Shown: in pieces, positions 56,779 to 64,000 of the stretch
Layout of the letters: each line of letters begins with the position of its first letter
Position numbering within the stretch: position 1 is the stretch's first letter
Position numbers and translations under genes: made by a program
Assembly (NCBI RefSeq): GCF_009914755.1
Contig: NC_060932.1
Reading direction: 5' to 3' (one strand)
Origin: the human T2T-CHM13v2.0 reference genome, Homo sapiens
DNA length: 64,000 nt
Notes under the pieces: generated by a model
The model's input: only the letters and a program-made list of their open reading frames with translations
Told to the model about the DNA's origin: nothing
Databases searched by the model: none

Positions 56779-59700
56779 CGTTTTCCATTTTTTTTAAAAT
56801 TATACTTTAATTACTAGGGTACATGTGCACAACGTGCAGGTTTATTACGTATGTAAGCACGTGCCATGTTGGTGTGCTGCACCCATTCACTAGTCATTTA
56901 CATTAGGTATATCTCTTAATGTTATCCCTCCCCCTCCCCCCGCCCGTGACAGGCCCCGGTGTGTGATGTTCCCCTTTCTGCGTCCAAGTGTTCTCCTAGT
57001 TCAATTCCCACCTATGAGTGGGATCACGCGGTGTTTGGTTTTTTTGTCCTTGCGATAGTTTGCTAAGAATGATGGTTTCCAGCTTCATCCGTGTCCCTCC
57101 GAAGGGCATGAACACATGCTTTTTTATGGCTGCATAGTATTCCACGGTGTATTTGTGCCACGTTTCCTTAATCCAGTCTATCATTGATGGACATCTGGGC
57201 TGGTTCCAAGTCTTTGCTACTGTGAACGGTGCCGCAATAAACATACGTCTGCGTGTGTCCTTTTAGCAGCATGATTTATAGTCCTATGGGTGTATACCCA
57301 GTAATGGGACGGCTGGGTCAAATGGTATTTCTAATTCTAGATCCTTGAGGATTCGCCACACTATCTTCCACAACCGCTGAACTGGTTTACAGTCCCACCA
57401 GCAGTGTAAAAGTGTCCCTATTTCTCCACTACCTCTCCAGCACCTGTTGTTTCCTGACTTTTTTATTGATCGCTATTGTAACTGGTGTGAGACGATATCT
57501 CTTTGCGGATTTGATTTGCATTTCTCTGATGACCAGTGTTGATGGGCATTTTTTCATGTGTCTGTTGGCTGCATAAATGTCTTCTTTTTAGAAGTGTCTC
57601 TTCATATCCTTCCCGCACTTGTTGATGGGGTTGTTTGGTTTTTCTTGTAACTCTGTTTGAGTTCTTAGTAGATTCTGGATATTAGCCCTTTGTCAGATGA
57701 GTAGATTGCAAAAATTTTCTCCCTTTCTGTAGCATGCCTGTTCACTCTGATGGGAGTTTCTTTAGCTGTGCAGAAACTCTTTAGTGTAATTAGATGCCGT
57801 TTGTCAATATTGGCTTTTGTTGCCTTTGCTTTTGGCGTTTTAGACATGAGGTCCTTGCCCATGCCTATGTCCTGAATGGTATTGCCTAGGTTTTCTCCTA
57901 GGGTTTGTATGGCTTAAGATGTAACATTTAAGTCTTTCATCCGTCTTGAATAAACTTTTGTATAAGGTGTAAGGAAGGGATCCAATTTCACCTTCGGACA
58001 TATGGCTAGCCAGTTTTCCCAGCACCATTTATTAAATAGGGAATCCTTTCCCCATTTCTTGTTTTTGTCAGGTTTGTCAAAGATCCGACGGTTGTAGATG
58101 TGTCGTATTATTTCTGAGGGCTCTATTCTGTTCCATTGGTCTACAGTAACCAAAAAAAGGCAACCAACAGCATGCTGTTTGGTTACTGTAGGCTTGTAGT
58201 GTAGTTTGAAGTCGGGTAGCTTGATGCCTCCACCTTTGTTCTTTTGGCTTAGGATTATCTTGGCAGTGGGGGCCCTTTTGTGGTTCCATGTAAACTTTCA
58301 AGTAGTTTTTTCCAATTCTGTGAAGAAAGTCCTTGGTAGCTTGATGGGGATGGCATTGGATCTATAATATACCTTGGGCAGTATGGCCATTTTCACGATA
58401 CTGATTCTTCCTAACCGTGAGCATGGAATATTCTTCCATTGGTTTGTGTCCTCTTTTATTTCGTGGAGCAGTGATTTGTAGTTCTCCTTGAAGAGGTCCT
58501 TCGCACATCGCATCCCTTGTTAGTTGGATTCCTCAGAATTTTATTCTCTTTGAAGCAATTGTGAATGGGAGCTCAGTCATGATTTGGCTCTCTGTTTGCC
58601 TGTTATTGGTGTATGAGAATGCTTGTGTGTTTTGCACATCGATTTTGTATCCTGAGACTTTGCTGAAGTTGCTTATCAGCTTAAGGAGATTTTGGGCTGA
58701 GACGATGGGGTTTTCTAAATATTCAATCATGTCATCTACAAACAGGGACAATTTGACTTCCTCTTTTCCTAATTGATTACTCTTTATTTCTTTCTCCTGC
58801 CTGATTGCCCTGGTCAGAAGTTCCAACACAATGTTGAATAGGAGTGGTGAGAGAGGGCACCCCTGTCTTGTGGCAGTTTGCAAAGGGAATGCTTCCACTT
58901 TTTGCCCATTCAGTATGATATTGTCTGTGGGTTTGCCCTAAATAGCCCTTATTATTTTGAGGTATGTCCCATCAGTACCTAATTTATTGAGAGTTTTTGG
59001 CATGAAAGGCTGTTGGATTTTGTCAAAGGCCTTTTCTGCATCTGTTGAGATAATCACGCGGTTTCTGTCTTTGGTTCCGATTATATGCTGGATTATGTTT
59101 ATTGATTTGCATATGTTGGACCAGCCTTGCATGTCAGGGATGAAGCCCACTTGATCATAATGGATAAGCTCTTTGATGTGCTGCTGGATTCGGTTTGCCA
59201 GCATTTTATGGAGGATTTTTCCATCGGTGTTCCTCAGGGATATGGGCCGAAAATTCTCTTTGTTGGTTGTGTCTCTCTCAGCCTTTGGGATCAGGATGAT
59301 GCTGGCCTCATAAAATGAGATAGGGAGGATTCCCTCTTTTTCTGTTGATTGGAATAGTTTCCGAAGGAATGGTACCAGCTCCTCCTTGTACTTCTGGTAG
59401 AATTCGGCTGTGAATCCGTCTGGTCCTGGACTTTTATTGCTTGATAGGCTATTAATTATTGCCTCAATTTCAGAGCCTGTTATTGGTCTATTCAGGCATT
59501 CAACTTCTTCCTGGTTTACTCTGGGGAGGTTGCATGTGTCCAGGAATTTATTCATTTCTTCTAGATTTCCGAGTTTGTTTGCCTAGAGGTGTTGACAGTA
59601 TTCTCTCATGGTAGTTTGTACTTCTGTGGGATCAGTGGTGATATCCCCTTTATCATTTTTTATTGCATCTGCTTGATTCTTCTTCCTTTCATTCTTTAAT

Positions 59701-60452
59701 AGTCTTGCTAGTGGTCTATCAATTTTGTTGATGGTTTCAAAAAACCCGCTCCTGGATTCATTGATTTTTTGAAGGGTTTTTTGGGTCTCTATCTCCTTCA
59801 GTTCTGCTCGGATCTTAGTTATTTCTTGCCTTCTGCTAGCTTTTGAATGTGTTTGCTCTTGCTTCTCTCATCCTTTTAATGGTGATGTTAGGGTATGCAT
59901 TTTTGATCTTTCCTGCTTTCCCTTGTGGGCGTTTAGTGCTATAAATTTCCCTCTACACACTGCTTAAAATGTGTCCCAGAGATTCTGGTATGTTGTGTCT
60001 TTGTTCTCATTGCTTTCAGAGAATATCTTTATTTCTGCCTTCATTTCGTTATGTACCCAGTACTCATTCAGGAACAGCTTGTCCGGTTTCCATGCAGTTG
60101 TGCGGTTTTGAGTGAGTTTCTCAATGCTGAGGTCTAGTGTGATTGCAATGTGGTCTGAGAGACCGTTTGTAATAATTTCTGTTATTTTACTTTTACTGAG
60201 GAGTGCTTTACTTCCAACTATGTGGTCAATGTGGAAATAAGTGTGATGTGGTGCTGAGAAGAATGTATATTCTGTTGATTTGGGGTGGAGCGTTCTGTAC
60301 ATGTCTCCTAGGTCCGCTTGGTGCAGAGCTGAGCTCAATTCCCGGATATCCTTTTTTAACTTTCTGTCTCGTTGGTGTGTCTAATGTTGACAGTGGGGTG
60401 TTAAGTTTGCCATTATTATTATTATTACTATGTGGGAGTCTAAGTCTCTTTT
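56779..60452 (-). mobile_element. 5'-truncated L1PA, unit 5
   Basis: Copy of 8018-11691 with the same TSD. Confidence 0.97.
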
Positions 60453-61016
60453 GATCACACTTTAAAGACCAAAAGGTAGAAGCGCAAAGACGTTATCTGT
60501 CCAATATTACAAACCTAGTAAGTGGTGGAATTTGGCCTTGAACCCAGATCTGTAACTCCAGAGCCGAAGTGCTTCACCCACCTCCCTGTGGTGCCTCTAC
60601 AGAAAAAGAGGTAAGCAGGCATTCCGAAAGCTGGTGGGCCGGGGGGCTGGCCTTGTACTCAGAAGCCATGGAAGTCCCACGTGGGGTGGCTAGTGGTGTA
60701 AGGACAGAGGTCTCGGATGGGCAGAGGGATGTGGACAGGCGCGAGGGCGCGCGGCAGGGACTCGGGGGACTGGGAGTGGCGGCTCGGGGCTGCGGGAGGC
60801 GATTGGTGGAAGGACAGAGGTCTGGGAGGGGCAGAGGGATGTGGACAGGCCCGAGGGGCCGCGGCAGGGATTCCGGGGGACCGGGAGTGGGGGGTTGGGG
60901 TTACTCTTGGCTTTTTGCCCTCTCCTGCCGCCGGCTGCTCCAGTTTCTTTCGCTTTGCGGCGAGGTGGGCAGGGTGAGCTCTCGGGACTGATGGCGGTTT
61001 TGGAAGAGGCCTGGGG

Positions 61017-63044
61017 CTAAGGACAGGCCAGGGCGGCGGGAGAGGCGGACCGGTGGCGTGGCTGGATCTGGGCGCGCTGTCGGACCTTCCACATCACCAG
61101 CTGCAGGCAGGCGTTTGCGTCCTCGCTGGAGTTGTGGCCGTCCTGGCTGTCCTGGATGATCTGTGCCAGGTAGTCGGCCGCGAGATTCCTGAGGGAGCGC
61201 TTGTAGGGGAAACCCAGGTAGTGCGGGAAGAGCACGGCCGTGTCCACCACGGTGCTGTGGATGAGCTTCAGGGCCAGCAGGTCGCTCTCCAGGCTGTGCC
61301 CGATGAGGATGGTTTGGGCGCTGAAAAAGCTCAGCAGGATGGCTTGGACTTGGGGCAACGTGATGCTCGTCTTGGCGACGTCGGCCTCGGTGACTCCGGA
61401 AAACCTGGTGTTGTAGTCCACGATCTCGTTGTCGGGCTTGACGAAGGTGTCGTACACCACTCGCATGTCGGCGTCCACCACGGTGACGCGGGTCAGCTCT
61501 AGGCCATGCGTGGTGTAGCACATCTCACAGTCCAAGGCGTAGATTCCTGGATAAGCGTCTCTGGACAACTCTTTCTTGAAGGTCTCCACGAAGCCATCGA
61601 GGCTCTCCTTGCGGCCGTCCCGCACGTGCTGCTTTGCCACCTGGCAGCCCACAGAGCCAGGAGCAGCTGCACAGCAGGTGTACTGGCTAACCCGGCCTCC
61701 AGCCACCTGGCTCGAGCGGACCCGCCCCCAGTGATAATAACACAACTGGTCGCGTACACAGCGGCCCGAGGAGGACACCAGGTACTCGGTGCCACAACGG
61801 CAGCAGACCCTGCAGGAGGAGTCGCCGGGCCCCTTCCCCTGGCCAGTGAAGAGGACGGCGCCTCCAGGCCGCTCGGGGTGCGGGAAGGGGTAGCCGTTCT
61901 CCTTGAGCTGGTCCTGGGTGAGCAGGAACTCCTGGAGGCGGCTGTACAGGGCGGCCCTGCTGAGGCCGGGCATGGAGCTGGGGGTCAGGCCCTTCAGTCT
62001 CTTGAGGGTGTTCAGGACCACGTTCAGGTACCTGTTCTTGTTGGGGCTGCAGTCGTAGGCCACCTTCTCCTCGTTCAGCGCCTTCTCCTCGGCCTCCTGC
62101 TTGGAGGCGCAGAACTTGAGACACTCTTCGGTGAACAGTTGGAGATAGCCTCGGCGGAGGACGGTGGGGACTTGGCACCCAGAGCTTCGGAGGATAATGG
62201 GTTTCTTCAAACTCAAACTCGGTAAGGATGCACGACGGACGATTCGCTTAGAGCTGGTGGTGGCGGTGGTCTTGCATGCCATCCCTGACCTGTTGCGCGT
62301 CTTCCCTGGCTGTCTGCCGACCTTGGAGCCACGGGAGCGTTGGCTGCTGCTGGCCACCCGGGTTCTCTTGGCATCTGTGTAACCTGTGACCAAGCAAGGG
62401 CTGGAAGAGTGGGCGATCGTCTTCCTCTTCCTGGGGGCTGAGATGCGGACTCCCGAGGGCCTCTCTGTCAGCCTTGGGGCGGCTGGCAAGCGGCAGGCCG
62501 ATCCCCTCTGCGCAGGGAAGTAGCACGACTCCGTCACCATCTTGGGCCACGCTGGGGGCACCGCCGGACCCCTGTTCTGGGGCTCCGCCTGGATGTCCAC
62601 AAATGCTGAGGCCTGCTTGTGCATCTGGGGCACCCAGAGCCCGAAGCTCTGGGCAGGCTGATGAGAGGGCAGTGGGAATTCTGGAGCCTCGAGGGCCGCC
62701 TCCTCGGCCACCTTCTTAGCTTCTGGGTATCCAGGTGGGAACCAGCAGGGAGCTGTGGCTCGCAACATCTTGCTGCCTTCGGGAGCACCGGCCGGGCTCT
62801 GCTCCGCTCCCAAATGGCGGCTTGCCTCCGGGGCCGCCTCCTTGGCCACCTTCTTAGCTTCTGGGTATCCAGGGCGGAACCAGCAGGGAGCTGTGGCTCG
62901 CAACATCTTGCTGCCTTCGGGAGCACCGGCCTGGCTCTGCTCCCCTCCCAAATGGCGGCTTGCCTCCAGGGCCGCCTCCTCGGCCACCTTCTTAGCTTCT
63001 GGGTATCCAGGGGGGAACCAGCAGGGAGCTGTGGCTCGCAACAT
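61017..63044 (-). CDS. REXO1L1P: REXO1-like (GOR) exonuclease, 675 aa, copy 6
   Basis: Intact ORF; protein identical to copy 1, with one synonymous change (~61866). Confidence 0.93.
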   Translation of the reverse strand: MLRATAPCWFPPGYPEAKKVAEEAALEASRHLGGEQSQAGAPEGSKMLRATAPCWFRPGYPEAKKVAKEAAPEASRHLGAEQSPAGAPEGSKMLRATAPCWFPPGYPEAKKVAEEAALEAPEFPLPSHQPAQSFGLWVPQMHKQASAFVDIQAEPQNRGPAVPPAWPKMVTESCYFPAQRGSACRLPAAPRLTERPSGVRISAPRKRKTIAHSSSPCLVTGYTDAKRTRVASSSQRSRGSKVGRQPGKTRNRSGMACKTTATTSSKRIVRRASLPSLSLKKPIILRSSGCQVPTVLRRGYLQLFTEECLKFCASKQEAEEKALNEEKVAYDCSPNKNRYLNVVLNTLKRLKGLTPSSMPGLSRAALYSRLQEFLLTQDQLKENGYPFPHPERPGGAVLFTGQGKGPGDSSCRVCCRCGTEYLVSSSGRCVRDQLCYYHWGRVRSSQVAGGRVSQYTCCAAAPGSVGCQVAKQHVRDGRKESLDGFVETFKKELSRDAYPGIYALDCEMCYTTHGLELTRVTVVDADMRVVYDTFVKPDNEIVDYNTRFSGVTEADVAKTSITLPQVQAILLSFFSAQTILIGHSLESDLLALKLIHSTVVDTAVLFPHYLGFPYKRSLRNLAADYLAQIIQDSQDGHNSSEDANACLQLVMWKVRQRAQIQPRHRSASPAALACP

Positions 63045-63099
63045 CTTGCTGCCTTCGGGAGCACCGGCCTGGCTCTGCTCCTCTCCCAACTGGCGGCTT
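62686..63099 (-). repeat. 3 x 138-bp repeat, copy 6
   Basis: Same as 1733-2146. Confidence 0.95.
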
Positions 63100-63102
63100 C
63101 AA

Positions 63103-63377
63103 TGAGTGCTGCGGCCGCCACTTGTCGCCTTTATATAGGCACAGGGCAGACTGGGTGGGACTTCTCCTTGATAGGTTGGTGCTTCAGTCCAATCACACTG
63201 AGCCTCATCTTCCACCAGACTCCAGCTTGGGAATGCCTCGGGGGGTGCGCTAATGGAATCAACTGGAACTCCCGGTTGCTAAACTTGGAGCTAGGTTGCT
63301 TTTCCTGAGTTAAGTAACTGTCCCTGCAGGGCAGTCCTATAATGGCTACTGGAATTGGGCTACCTAGGATTAAATTA
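63103..63377 (-). promoter_or_regulatory. Putative promoter, copy 6
   Basis: Motifs identical to unit 1 (one SNV at ~63240 outside the motifs). Confidence 0.7.
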
Positions 63378-63582
63378 AGGTTCAGGGAGGTTGGTCAACT
63401 TGCTTGGGCCCACACAGCACCCCTTGGAGCCAGGACTGGGCCAGCAGTCTGCTGCATGCTGGAGGGCGGGATCCCTCTGGGGCTGCCTTTCCCTGCTCTG
63501 TGCACTCCGCCGCTGCGGGCAAATTGAGGACAGGAAGCGGACCGCACCCACTTCTCTCCCAGGACTTGGGCAATGTTCAACA

Positions 63583-64000
63583 CAGGTGGTCTTCCAAAGG
63601 TTCATAGAAAATGCACATGGTGAAGAAACTATGCATGGATTTCCACTGGTGTGCACTAAAATAAACTTGTCCTAACTTCTGATAACCTTTCTGAACTAGA
63701 TCTAGTTTGAGGCACTAAGAAGGATGAGACATCCACTGAAAAGGACTCCCATCAGAGCAACATGAATTCCACGAAAACTGCAGCAAGAGGAAACATCAAA
63801 TTTATGGTGAAGCTTGGGTGGAAGATTGAAGAAATCATTGACGTTTTAAGAAAAGCTTGTAAGGACACTACCCCAAAGAAATGAACTCTTTACGAATGTA
63901 TAGCTTGTTTCAAGAAGAGGTGAGAAGATGTGGAAGATGAATCCTGCAGTGGCTGTGAAAACCACTGTGCCCAGATCAGCTGCAGTTACGACGAGAGCTA
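63583..64000 (+). mobile_element. HSMAR2 remnant, unit 6 (cut by the window end)
   Basis: Copy of 2630-3047. Confidence 0.85.

Overview
Primate (almost certainly human) genomic DNA made entirely of a head-to-tail macrosatellite: about 5.25 near-identical units of ~12.19 kb (gene-to-gene spacings 12192, 12190, 12190, 12189, 12192 bp). I recognise it as the REXO1L1/GOR array (human 8q21.2; location from memory, not from the sequence). Each unit carries one intronless minus-strand REXO1-derived DEDDh exonuclease ORF (675 aa from the first ATG, with three 46-aa N-terminal repeats). It sits behind a TATA/CCAAT promoter with a DUX4-consensus site. The spacer holds a decayed HSMAR2 mariner, two Alus, old L1M fragments, MIRs and a 5'-truncated L1PA with a clean 11-bp target-site duplication. 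The locus is known, but several things merit follow-up. All six nominal pseudogene copies are intact and keep all catalytic motifs. The promoter resembles those of embryonic-genome-activation genes. A 108-codon in-frame extension carrying the GOR epitope lies behind the TAG. The gene block varies much less between units than the spacer, and the resident L1 appears to have gained CpGs. Repeat subfamily calls and variant counts were made by eye against remembered consensus sequences.
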